Source of the DNA: Synergistales bacterium
GTDB lineage: Bacteria > Synergistota > Synergistia > Synergistales > JAFGMB01
NCBI GenBank assembly: GCA_963666205.1
Contig: OY762654.1
Span: 1,088,001 to 1,152,000, forward strand
DNA: 64,000 nt
Direction of reading: 5' to 3'
Under the pieces are notes generated by a model. The model saw nothing but the letters and a program-made list of their open reading frames with translations, did no database searches and was not told where the DNA came from. Shown piece by piece: positions 37,563 to 47,006 of this stretch. The translations under genes and the position numbers were made by a program. Every line of letters starts with the position of its first letter. Position 1 is the stretch's first letter.

Positions 37563-38576
37563 TTACTCGAAATCGGCCATAAGCCCCTTGATCACATCTT
37601 CACCGAACATCTTGGAGAACTTGGGCCAGGAAACCTTTCTCACCTGGGCAGCAAGAGCTTCTATGTCTTCCTGTGAAATATCGTGGATCCTGACACCGTT
37701 TTCTTCAGCAAGTTTTTTCTGATAGTCAGCTTCGGTCTTCTGGGCATTCTCAACGCTCAATTTAGCCTGTTTCTGACAAGCATCAAAAATAACCTTTCTG
37801 TACTCTTCCGGAAGTCTTTCAAAAGCATCAACGTTCATTATGTAGGATACATTTTCAACAAACATCCGAACCGGGTAGAAATCCTTGATCAGATCTCTGA
37901 ACTGGAAGTAGTTCAGAGTAGCAGTTCCGCCTATCCATCCATCACAGACACCAGTCTGCATTGAGGTATAAAGGTCTGACCAGTTTATGGTTACGGTATC
38001 GTAATTGAGGTCCTTCATGGTAACCTTGTAAAGTTCTGCCGGTGGGATCCTGATAAGGATATTATGGTTGGCTTCAACATTGAAGGGCTCTGTGGGTTCT
38101 TTCATTGTGGCAAGAGAAATAAAGCTGTCCACATAGACACCAAGAAGTTTCACATTGACCTCGGCATGAGCTGCCTCATAGGTCTTGTACCAGAAGGAAG
38201 ATGGGGAGAACACCTTGGCGAGGCCTTCCCATGTCGTTGCCAGATAAGGCATGGAAGAGATCTCGAGCATGGGGTTGTACTGACCTGTGATGTAAAAGAA
38301 TCCCATGTCCACATTGCCGCGCATTATATCCTCGTAAACCTGGCTGTAATCCCCCAGCTGTCCTCCGGGATAAACCATGATCTCGACTTCTCCGTTTGTC
38401 GCCTGTTTTACTTCCTCTGCAATATCATACTGGGATTTTGTTCCGGGATGATCCGGAGCATAGTTACCGGCAAAACGGAGCTTATACTTCACCTTTGCAT
38501 CTGCAGCAAGAGCAAAAACCGTTACCATCATTGCCACCAGAAGGAACAACACCATGAATCTTGAATACTTTTTCAT
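37563..38576 (-). CDS. dctP: TRAP substrate-binding protein
   Basis: Signal peptide, YPGGQLGDY, LIRIPP, WSDLYTSMQTGVCDG. Confidence 0.9.
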   Translation of the reverse strand: MKKYSRFMVLFLLVAMMVTVFALAADAKVKYKLRFAGNYAPDHPGTKSQYDIAEEVKQATNGEVEIMVYPGGQLGDYSQVYEDIMRGNVDMGFFYITGQYNPMLEISSMPYLATTWEGLAKVFSPSSFWYKTYEAAHAEVNVKLLGVYVDSFISLATMKEPTEPFNVEANHNILIRIPPAELYKVTMKDLNYDTVTINWSDLYTSMQTGVCDGWIGGTATLNYFQFRDLIKDFYPVRMFVENVSYIMNVDAFERLPEEYRKVIFDACQKQAKLSVENAQKTEADYQKKLAEENGVRIHDISQEDIEALAAQVRKVSWPKFSKMFGEDVIKGLMADFE

Positions 38577-38642
38577 TTTGATTTCTCCTCCTCTTATTGA
38601 TCTTCTTATCTTTTTGTTTCTTTTAAAACACTAACACCATCG

Positions 38643-39443
38643 TTAAACAAAACCGTAATAGGGTTTCTGAGCTACTACACTGTGAGCGTATCTGATAAGT
38701 GTAATGAAATCGAATACAGGAAGATCGGTCGCTCTCTGCACATCAGCTGCATATGGAGGCATATCACTGCATTCAAGGAGAATAGCACCTACCTCCGGAT
38801 GGGTTTCCTTTATCCTTAATGCTGTTGAAACCACCTCATCCCGGACCTTCCTGTTGTCGAAGTACCCCCTGTCACTGTGAAGGATGGATTCAAACTCTCC
38901 TCCCCTCGGGATCTCCTCGCAGACACATACATCGGGATCAGCTCCACAGCTTTCCCAGATATCCGGGGTCAGAGAAGGCTTGTCAGCGCAGATAAGGCCT
39001 ACCTTCTGATCTGACCTTATCACTGATTTTATCCAGGGTATCTGGACGAGACTTGAAAGAAAGGTGGGAACATTCAGGGCATCCCTTACCTGGCTCTGAA
39101 AATGCCCGAAGTAACCGCAGGCACCGCATATGGCCCTGCATCCTTCCATTTCCAGCTCTCTAGCTGTAGCGATCAGATCATCAAGGAGTGATGGATCTCC
39201 CCCGTGCATCCTCTCCTGGTTGGAACCAGGCACTACACGATGTCTGACAGGGAAATCATAGGTATATGCATTGACTACATTTCCCGGAATAAGGGGATAC
39301 CATACATTCAGGAGCATGATCCCGACGGGATAACCAGAAATGACCTGGCCCTTTTTGATATAAAAGGTCCGATCCTTATCCTCTTCTCTTCCGATAAAAC
39401 CATAATCTCTGTGATCCCTGAACTCTTCTGTCACTTGCTTCAC
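38643..39443 (-). CDS. Asp/Glu/hydantoin racemase-family protein
   Basis: PGNVVNAYTYDFPV; two catalytic-type Cys motifs GACGYF and LECSDMPPY; LPVFD. Confidence 0.8.
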   Translation of the reverse strand: MKQVTEEFRDHRDYGFIGREEDKDRTFYIKKGQVISGYPVGIMLLNVWYPLIPGNVVNAYTYDFPVRHRVVPGSNQERMHGGDPSLLDDLIATARELEMEGCRAICGACGYFGHFQSQVRDALNVPTFLSSLVQIPWIKSVIRSDQKVGLICADKPSLTPDIWESCGADPDVCVCEEIPRGGEFESILHSDRGYFDNRKVRDEVVSTALRIKETHPEVGAILLECSDMPPYAADVQRATDLPVFDFITLIRYAHSVVAQKPYYGFV

Positions 39444-39537
39444 CTCTCATTCCTGCATGCAGATACTTCTGCAAGTTTATGAAAAAATCCAGCTTCAAGG
39501 GTTGGGGACCGGTGATATCGCGCCAGTCCCCCGATAC

Positions 39538-40761
39538 CTACTTTTTCTCTGTATATACTCCGTTGTGAAGATAATCCAGCATTTCTTCCTTCGTCATATG
39601 GCCTATCCCGATATAATCGAGAGTATAGCCCTTTTCCCAGAAATTCTTCCCTGTCATGGCACATGCAAGATGGATCATGGATTCCACTATGGGGATATCT
39701 ACTCCAAACTTTTTTGCCAATTCATGGTATACATGGCAGCCTACGGGGATATCTTCTGTTATATACCTGTTATTGAGGTCAAAGGGACCTGTACCGTACT
39801 GGATATAATCCTGCTCTTCAAAGGGTATTACATAATCCAGGCCCATATATTCCTGTCCCAGGACATTTTCCCTTGAAAAGAAATGTTCCTTTTCATAGGG
39901 CTGAATACCTACACCCATAGCCTCAGCCAGGGCACATTCCTCTTTATAGAAAGAATACTGAACTTCTGAGACAGCCGGGCAGTATGCATGGGAATAGATG
40001 GAGTAGTCATACTTGTTCTCGCCGTAGATAACTCCCCAGTTCTGCATGACTGCTGCGCCAAGAAGAGTACCCGGGCAATGAAGTACGGGGTTGACGTTAC
40101 TGAAACCAGTATCCATTACAGTGTTGCCGCCAACTGCCCCATCGCCATTGGTAACAGCATCCATGGAGCCCATATATTTTGAGCTCTCAAGAAAAGCTTC
40201 CTGATCGACTGAGGGAAGTGCTGCACCCCTGAGGGTAATAGCCCTGTAATAGACACGGATCTGGGGAAGAATAACTCCGCCCTTGTTCTCCACCCGGCAT
40301 CCGTAAGGTGCACTTGACCAGCCTCCAATGATAACTTTCTTGGTACATCCGGCTTCACGCATCATCTTTCTCAGAAGAAGGGTCCCGTAGTTGTCCGGGA
40401 AAATATGAATTACCATCCCATCCTCAAGAGCAGGGATAAGTTTTTCAAAGAAAGGTCTGTGACCAACGGACGGGGTGGCTACAATAACAATACCTGCACC
40501 TTTAACGGCTTCAGCTATATCAGTAGTCACCATATCCATTTTTGCTAGTCCTTCACGTTCAAAACCGTAAAGGTTAAGCTGCTGGCCAAAGAATTTAATA
40601 CCTTTATCCACGCCGAAAAGGGTCTTTGTGGCAAAAGGTTCAATGTCACATATCCTTACCTTTGCACCTGCCAGAGCACAGTCCGCTGCCTGAGCTTTGG
40701 CAACAGCACCTGCTCCAAGTACTGCTATTGGTTTGTCCTTAAGATATTCCATATTACTCAT
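39538..40761 (-). CDS. NAD(P)-dependent opine (octopine/nopaline) dehydrogenase family protein
   Basis: VLGAGAVA Rossmann motif, SNVNPVLHCP, NRYITEDIPVG. Confidence 0.85.
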   Translation of the reverse strand: MSNMEYLKDKPIAVLGAGAVAKAQAADCALAGAKVRICDIEPFATKTLFGVDKGIKFFGQQLNLYGFEREGLAKMDMVTTDIAEAVKGAGIVIVATPSVGHRPFFEKLIPALEDGMVIHIFPDNYGTLLLRKMMREAGCTKKVIIGGWSSAPYGCRVENKGGVILPQIRVYYRAITLRGAALPSVDQEAFLESSKYMGSMDAVTNGDGAVGGNTVMDTGFSNVNPVLHCPGTLLGAAVMQNWGVIYGENKYDYSIYSHAYCPAVSEVQYSFYKEECALAEAMGVGIQPYEKEHFFSRENVLGQEYMGLDYVIPFEEQDYIQYGTGPFDLNNRYITEDIPVGCHVYHELAKKFGVDIPIVESMIHLACAMTGKNFWEKGYTLDYIGIGHMTKEEMLDYLHNGVYTEKK

Positions 40762-40859
40762 ACCTGATACTGCCTCCTTGTTTGTTCTGTAATAATGCCT
40801 ATATGATCAATATTGACTCCATTGCCGGCTTTCTGAAGTCAACATATTACATCCGTAAT

Positions 40860-41285
40860 CTAGTGGTCCTTTTTTCGGGACAGTATTTCTATGATCCCTC
40901 TATCCCCATCGACCCTGACCAGATCTCCTGTTCTTATAATCTCAAAGGGGTCTTCTTCAAGGTCCGTCACTGCAGGAACTCCTGTAACCACTGCTGCCAC
41001 TCCGGTGCGGGAATCCATCCTGGGAAATATCAGGGCCGCAGGGCCTATGCCCCCTACCCGGGCTGCATGGAAATGACAGGACCATCCGTTGGATCCCTTG
41101 CCTCCCGAGAGGACAAGGACCCCTCCCTTTATGCTCATTCCTTCAAAGGGATGCCCCTTCTCTATGACGATGCCTGTTCTGTCGTCCACTCCGCTCCAGC
41201 CCTGGATGGTCTCCCTGCTCACCATGGCTATGCCCTCCGCTACTCCTCCTATGGCTCCTCTACCGTGAAGTACTATCCTTTCCAT
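40860..41285 (-). CDS. Aconitase X swivel subunit (DUF126)
   Basis: GGVAEGIA, GVDDRTG, HPFEG, GGKGS, VRVDGDRG. Confidence 0.85.
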   Translation of the reverse strand: MERIVLHGRGAIGGVAEGIAMVSRETIQGWSGVDDRTGIVIEKGHPFEGMSIKGGVLVLSGGKGSNGWSCHFHAARVGGIGPAALIFPRMDSRTGVAAVVTGVPAVTDLEEDPFEIIRTGDLVRVDGDRGIIEILSRKKDH

Positions 41286-41287
41286 AT

Positions 41288-42556
41288 CTATCTGCCCTCC
41301 CAGTAGCCGCTGACCGCTGACTTAAGACAGTCTTCCATGGATCCGTACCATACCCTGGCTCCGCTTCCCGGTTTTATATAATGGGCCTGTTTACCGGAAT
41401 CGAAGGCCATGGTAACCGCCCCTTCAGGCTTCTTTTCGCTTGTCAGGGGACAGCTGCTGGTCAGTACTATTCCTCCCGCATTTTCTATTGCCTGGGTATA
41501 TCCGCACCGGTCCGACGTTTCCTTTATGGGGGCTGCTGTCCATACATGGAGGATGGTGTCAGGATCTACCTGCCTCCCCTTCAGGAAATCCGCTGCCATC
41601 ATCATCTGTTCTATGGTGTAATGGGGACAGCCCATGCTTATGTAGTCCAGTTTCTCCCGGCCGCCCTCGTTAAGCATTCCCAGGGATTCCTCTATGTCTT
41701 TCTTCGTTATGGTTATGATCTCCTGTGGTTCAGTTCCTCCCAGGGCTTCTTCAAGAGTCTTCGCTTCGGGGGTTATGCCCACGATATGGCACATCTCGGG
41801 TCCTCCCGTGGTAGCCATGGAAGCATATGCTGACTTAAGCTTCGTCACATCGGGCCTCTGGAATCCCTTTCTGAGTACGGGAATGGAATGGGTGGGGGTC
41901 TTGCGCCCTATGGTATATCCGAGAAGGTCCCAGTCATAAACGGTCTCCGTCGGACATTCCACGTCGAAGATATGGGTTCCCTTACGATTGTTCATCAGAT
42001 GGAGTCCCCACAGGGGTGTCCTGCCGCATACAGCGGACCAGAATCCCGCCTCCAGACCATCCGCCTGTCCGCAAGCTCCCCAGAGAGAGTTCATCATCAG
42101 GACAGCGTGAGATTCACTGGTCACGTAGTGTTCTCCCATGAGGGGAATGAATCCAAGAAGATAGGGTACGCATGACCCTACAAGCTGGACTCCTGCATCC
42201 AGATAGCGTTTGAGGTAATTTACGTTATTTTCATGCTCTTTTTCGGATACTCCCATTTCCTTCCAGTTGAAGGGACACATGGGAGCAACATCGGACTGGG
42301 CATAGCATTCGATCTTGTCAAGAACCACTTTCTCAGAAGAACAGAAGTGCATCTCAGACATGACTTCATCTATATCATCGGAGTCCAGGGCATTCATATA
42401 GGGATGGGATCCGCAGAAAAGGTGAGCCTTGGTCACTACGCAGAGTTCATCCGCTCCAAGGACATGGGCATAACTGACCACATTCTCCATGGCCTTCTGT
42501 TTCAACAGGCCTTCAGAACCATCCAGCATTCGCTTTTCTCTATCAGTCAGGTTCAC
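41288..42556 (-). CDS. Aconitase X catalytic subunit (DUF521)
   Basis: MNLTDREKRMLDG, SCVPY, SESHA, GRTPLWGLH, HIVGITPEA, GCPH, SCP, DSGKQAHY. Confidence 0.88.
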   Translation of the reverse strand: MNLTDREKRMLDGSEGLLKQKAMENVVSYAHVLGADELCVVTKAHLFCGSHPYMNALDSDDIDEVMSEMHFCSSEKVVLDKIECYAQSDVAPMCPFNWKEMGVSEKEHENNVNYLKRYLDAGVQLVGSCVPYLLGFIPLMGEHYVTSESHAVLMMNSLWGACGQADGLEAGFWSAVCGRTPLWGLHLMNNRKGTHIFDVECPTETVYDWDLLGYTIGRKTPTHSIPVLRKGFQRPDVTKLKSAYASMATTGGPEMCHIVGITPEAKTLEEALGGTEPQEIITITKKDIEESLGMLNEGGREKLDYISMGCPHYTIEQMMMAADFLKGRQVDPDTILHVWTAAPIKETSDRCGYTQAIENAGGIVLTSSCPLTSEKKPEGAVTMAFDSGKQAHYIKPGSGARVWYGSMEDCLKSAVSGYWEGR

Positions 42557-42648
42557 TTACCGTACCCTCCTTTAGTATTGGCTCCAGCTATCAAAAAAAG
42601 CCAACAGCAAATGTTTCATTTCGAAATACAGTTTTTATTCTGATTTAT

Positions 42649-43524
42649 TTAAAGCAGATCTGCCAATTCGATTTTTTCGAGGATATAGGCTCCATGCTCC
42701 TCAAGAAAATGATCATATTCTTTAAGCTTTGCCCGGGATTTGTTCTTATCCTTAAGGAATACCCCGATCAATAAAGAATGGATCAGCGCCATTACTGCCC
42801 CGTAAGGATCAATAAAGGACATGAATTTCTGCGGAACGAGAAATAGTATCGATGAAAATGCTGCTATTGGTGAAAGAACGGAATCGGTGATACCTATGAC
42901 CTTGATGTTTTTTTCTTTAAGGTAACTCATTACTTCCTGAGTCTGCTGAGGATATCTAGGGAAACTGAAGACCAGCGCCACCGAATTGGGAGAAAGTGCC
43001 TGGAGAGAATTGAAAGTCTCAGGATCAAAAGAAAGAATCCTTGTTACATTTTCCTTAAAAACATTGAGATAAATGCTGGCATATTCTGCAACGACCCTGT
43101 TGAACTGTGTACCTACAATAATGACATCTTCAGCGTTAAAGATGGAATCTACAGTATCGTTGAAAGAATCTTCACTGATACCTTCAAGCATCTCCTCCAT
43201 AATCGTCTTTTCAAGGGAAATGACTTTGCTGAAAAGGGAATGGCTGTTTTCAAGAGGATATTTCTCCATAGAATGTATTTCCTGGTATAAAAGTTCCTGG
43301 ATGGCAGACTGAAGCTCGGAATAGCCCGGATAACCAAGGGAATAGGCCAGACGGGTGACCGTAGCTTCACTGACACCGGCATTCATTGCCAGAGTAGTGG
43401 AAGATACAAAGGCAATATCTTTAGAATTCTCCGCAATATATTTAGCCAGGGTCCTCTGCTTGGGACTCAATGTAGGAGCGACTTCCCGTATTCTCTCTAA
43501 AACAGATACTTTCTTGTATCCCAT
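42649..43524 (-). CDS. MurR/RpiR-family transcriptional regulator
   Basis: GVSEATVTRLA..LGYPGY HTH and SIS domain FSFPRY, ITDS..SP; AAGGAG precedes ATG 43524. Confidence 0.92.
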   Translation of the reverse strand: MGYKKVSVLERIREVAPTLSPKQRTLAKYIAENSKDIAFVSSTTLAMNAGVSEATVTRLAYSLGYPGYSELQSAIQELLYQEIHSMEKYPLENSHSLFSKVISLEKTIMEEMLEGISEDSFNDTVDSIFNAEDVIIVGTQFNRVVAEYASIYLNVFKENVTRILSFDPETFNSLQALSPNSVALVFSFPRYPQQTQEVMSYLKEKNIKVIGITDSVLSPIAAFSSILFLVPQKFMSFIDPYGAVMALIHSLLIGVFLKDKNKSRAKLKEYDHFLEEHGAYILEKIELADLL

Positions 43525-43525
43525 C

Positions 43526-43601
43526 TGAAAAATCTCCTTCATCCTAGATTTTTGATGAAGAACTTTCTACAAAGAGTAGATGACCTTCATCTTTTTGTCA
43601 A
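43526..43601 (-). promoter_or_regulatory. Promoter of the rpiR-acnX operon with putative RpiR operators
   Basis: TTGACA-N17-TACTCT (43601-43573, minus strand); TGAAA-N6-CTTCA (43526), TGAAG-N6-CTACA (43556), AGTAG-N5-CTTCA (43575). Confidence 0.6.
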
Positions 43602-43660
43602 GTCTGTATACTTCATACCTGAAACCCTTTTGCCTCAATCTGCCTCCTCACAATTTAACA

Positions 43661-43694
43661 AGAATGAGGCAGGACTCAAGTCCTGCCTCATTCT
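43661..43694 (-). terminator. Terminator after the deacetylase
   Basis: AGAATGAGGCAGGAC/GTCCTGCCTCATTCT. Confidence 0.8.
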
Positions 43695-43720
43695 GTAACC
43701 AAATGTTTTTCACGATCTTT

Positions 43721-44521
43721 TTATTTGACTAATCTGTCACCAAGCCGGACAAAAGTGAATCCCCTTTCTATCAATAAGGGTACTGCATCAATTATTCCTT
43801 CTGCCGTATCTCCTTCGGGATGGTTCATATGACATAGTATGATATCTCCAGCCTGGGAACTGAGAAGAGCTTCCTTAACCTTCTCCCGGCTGAAAGTCGC
43901 TCCGGCATCTCCAAGAACTGAATATCCGGCAATGATGTAACCAAGATCCACGGCTATCTGGACGGCAACTTCGTCATAGTATGCTGTACCGGAACGGAAA
44001 AAGGAAGGCTTGATCCCTGTAAGATCCTGTATCTTTAACCCGTTCAGCTCTATCTCGCCGACCAGCTCGGCTATGTCGGCAGTCCCTGCTATGCCATAGA
44101 CGGACCTGCCGTTAACCGAACATGGTTTATGAAGTAATCCGTGGTTGCCTATCTCAAAAAGGGGATCACTCGCTAGGTCCATAAACAGGTCGGGATTGGC
44201 ATCTATCCATCTTGCATTTATAAAAAGGGTGGCCGGTATATTCTCCTGCCTCAGGAACCTGACAAGCTCTTTGTCGCAACCACTCCCCCGCTTCGAGCCA
44301 CAGGCATCCAGGGTGAGGGCTATCTCTTTACTATCTGTTTCAAAACGGGATACTATGCCGTCCAGCTCCTCTCCCCACTGGGCTGGAACGCATTTCCCGT
44401 ACCTGACTTCCATTTCCGTTATCATGGATCCCAGGTCAGCTGCTGCAGAAAAAGGTGTTGAACATAGCATATAGAATAAGGTAATCGAAATGACGGTAAA
44501 TATATTTTTCAAGTAAACCAT
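43721..44521 (-). CDS. Exported polysaccharide deacetylase (CE4/NodB) family protein
   Basis: IALTLDACG, IPATLF, IGNHGLLH, FFRSG, IILCHMNHP. Confidence 0.88.
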   Translation of the reverse strand: MVYLKNIFTVISITLFYMLCSTPFSAAADLGSMITEMEVRYGKCVPAQWGEELDGIVSRFETDSKEIALTLDACGSKRGSGCDKELVRFLRQENIPATLFINARWIDANPDLFMDLASDPLFEIGNHGLLHKPCSVNGRSVYGIAGTADIAELVGEIELNGLKIQDLTGIKPSFFRSGTAYYDEVAVQIAVDLGYIIAGYSVLGDAGATFSREKVKEALLSSQAGDIILCHMNHPEGDTAEGIIDAVPLLIERGFTFVRLGDRLVK

Positions 44522-44541
44522 CCTTTACCTGGAATTTGTTA

Positions 44542-45915
44542 TCAGATAAACAGACGCAGAACGCTCCTCCATAGAACAGATATCCTGCCATAAGGGGGAT
44601 AAAGGAACCTGTTGTCAAAGGAAAAGGGTTTCCTTAATACGCTTTTGAAATGCGAGAAAGAATCAAAGCTGGCCTTGCCATGGTATGAACCCATACCCGA
44701 ATCTCCAACTCCCCCAAAGGGTAAACCTCCGGGAGCAAGGTGGATCAGAGTATGATTAACACAGACCCCTCCGGAAGAAGTATGTCTCAGGATCTTTTCT
44801 TTTACGTACTCGTAACCGGAAAATACGTAAAGGGCAAGGGGTTTGGGTCTATCATTTATCTGTTTTATAACCTCATCCAGGGTTTCAAATCCCAGGACCG
44901 GAAGGATGGGGCCAAATATCTCTTCCTCCATAATTTTCGAATCCCAGGTTACATTGTCGATTATTGTGGGTGCAATATACAGTTCTTCCTTTATGTACTC
45001 CCCGCCGGCAACGATATCCCCCTTTATCAGGGAAACAAGCCTTCTGAAGTGCTTTTCGCTTATGATCCTGCTGTAATCAATGGAAAGCCTGGGTTCCTTT
45101 CCGTAAAAATCTTCCAGCTGTTTTTTCATCATTTTTATAAACTCGGCCTTTATGCTCTCATGAACAAGCACATAGTCAGGAGCGACACATGTCTGGCCTG
45201 CATTCATGAATTTTCCCCAGACTATCCTCCTGGCGGATATTTCCAGATCTGCTGAAGCATCCACAATACATGGGCTTTTTCCCCCAAGTTCAAGGATAAC
45301 AGGGGTCAGGTGTCTGGCGGCAGATCTCATAACTATCCTGCCAACTCTTGTACTTCCAGTATAAAAGATAAGATCGAATTTCTGCTCCAGAATAGAACTC
45401 ATATCCTTTGAGGATATCCGCAGAAGGGAAACGTGCTCTGGCGGAAACACTTCTCCGATAATCTCCTCCAGCAGGATGGCCGTATTCTGCGAAAGGCTGG
45501 AGGGCTTTATGAATGCACAGTTTCCGGCTGCTATTGCCCCGACAAGCGGCGATATTACAAGCTGGAAGGGGTAATTCCAGGGGGAAACTATAAGTACAAC
45601 TCCAAGGGGTTCAGGATATATCTTTGCAGATGCCGGAAGATATACGGGGGGCACATTGACCCTTCTGGGCTTAGCCCACCTTTCAAGGTTCCGGAGGGTA
45701 TGATCTATTTCATTGAGGCAAAAGGCTACCTCACTGGAAAAAGCTTCCATGGTTCCCTTGCCAAGATCCATGGAGAGAGCTTCATAAATCTCATTCTCCC
45801 GGCTGAGAATGACTTCTTTCAATTTCTTTAAGCGGGATTTACGTAAGGAGACAGATCCAGTCTCTCCAGAATTGAAATATGCCCTCTGCATCTCCAGGAT
45901 ATTGGCGATATCCAT
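44542..45915 (-). CDS. Aldehyde dehydrogenase (ALDH3/YwdH-like)
   Basis: SPWNYP, YTGS, LELGGKSP, NAGQTCVAPDY, EEIFGP, PFGGVG. Confidence 0.93.
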   Translation of the reverse strand: MDIANILEMQRAYFNSGETGSVSLRKSRLKKLKEVILSRENEIYEALSMDLGKGTMEAFSSEVAFCLNEIDHTLRNLERWAKPRRVNVPPVYLPASAKIYPEPLGVVLIVSPWNYPFQLVISPLVGAIAAGNCAFIKPSSLSQNTAILLEEIIGEVFPPEHVSLLRISSKDMSSILEQKFDLIFYTGSTRVGRIVMRSAARHLTPVILELGGKSPCIVDASADLEISARRIVWGKFMNAGQTCVAPDYVLVHESIKAEFIKMMKKQLEDFYGKEPRLSIDYSRIISEKHFRRLVSLIKGDIVAGGEYIKEELYIAPTIIDNVTWDSKIMEEEIFGPILPVLGFETLDEVIKQINDRPKPLALYVFSGYEYVKEKILRHTSSGGVCVNHTLIHLAPGGLPFGGVGDSGMGSYHGKASFDSFSHFKSVLRKPFSFDNRFLYPPYGRISVLWRSVLRLFI

Positions 45916-46033
45916 GAATTCTCCCTCCAGAATTATCAAGATATACCAGTCTTTTCATCACACTAAGACGGTACATACATTGTACATCATAACCTGTGTT
46001 GGTTCTCCATAAAATCTCTACTATTTCTTTGCT

Positions 46034-46978
46034 TTAAAAAAGAAAGCCCTGGGTACCAATATAATGCCGGCCTTCCAATCTCTGACTGCCTGGGGGTGGA
46101 AGAAGAAATTCTCCGTCGGGATCATGGGAACGAAAATTCTTCAGTGCAGTCACCCCGCTCTTCACTGCATAGCAGTAAAGACAGCCATGGATACATGTTT
46201 CATATTCTCCCACATCCCTTGCAGCATAACAGCCGCAGGAAGAACCTGGCCGATGAGATCTTTCCGGAGGAAGTGGAAGAATTTTTCCAGCAACATCAGA
46301 CAGACGAAAAGGATCTATACAGCAGGCATCTGCCACTCCCTCTGAGAGAAGATCCCTCTGCCCGCACAGAGAAAGGGACATACCACAGGAACGGGCAATA
46401 TCAGCCAGACGGGAAGCAAAGGATATTTTCATGGCGTCAGGAGGATCATAAAACCTTATCCCTTCTTCACCTGAGAGTCTGTTCATCTTCTCAATGGTTT
46501 TCCTGTAAAAACTGGTGAAAGATACTATAACTTCCGATGTAAGTCCTTCAAGGGAACGGGAAATTCGGGAAAAGTTTCTGATATGAAAATCTTCATCCGA
46601 AAGAGAAGAAAAGAGTATGGGGTCGTAGCGCCATACAACTGAATGAGGGCCATATTTTCGTGATATCTTCTCAAAAACAACCACACTATCCTCCCAGCGG
46701 GGAACGTGTTTATCCAGGATTTCAGGATAGCCGGTGATGGTAAATTGCAGATAAAAGGGATAACCCATGTTTCTAACAGAATCAAAACCCTCAAGAAAAG
46801 ACAGGGGGTTCCTTGTCCAGAATACGATACCTTCAACCCTCTCTTTTGACAGGTTGATCAGGGAAACCCTCCGGTTATACGGATTAACCCTTTTACAGTA
46901 GCCCTCCCGAAGCCTGTTAAGAAACCATTTTCCGTAAAAGGCAGGTATATCAGTCCGATAGCTGGCAGAAATGATCAA
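46034..46978 (-). CDS. DUF1848 family protein
   Basis: MIISASYRTDIPAFY, VFWT, WRYDPI, CGC..DVG.Y.TC.HGCLYCYA. Confidence 0.88.
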   Translation of the reverse strand: MIISASYRTDIPAFYGKWFLNRLREGYCKRVNPYNRRVSLINLSKERVEGIVFWTRNPLSFLEGFDSVRNMGYPFYLQFTITGYPEILDKHVPRWEDSVVVFEKISRKYGPHSVVWRYDPILFSSLSDEDFHIRNFSRISRSLEGLTSEVIVSFTSFYRKTIEKMNRLSGEEGIRFYDPPDAMKISFASRLADIARSCGMSLSLCGQRDLLSEGVADACCIDPFRLSDVAGKILPLPPERSHRPGSSCGCYAARDVGEYETCIHGCLYCYAVKSGVTALKNFRSHDPDGEFLLPPPGSQRLEGRHYIGTQGFLF

Positions 46979-47006
46979 AAGGATCCTTCCCCTTTCTGCA
47001 AAGAAC

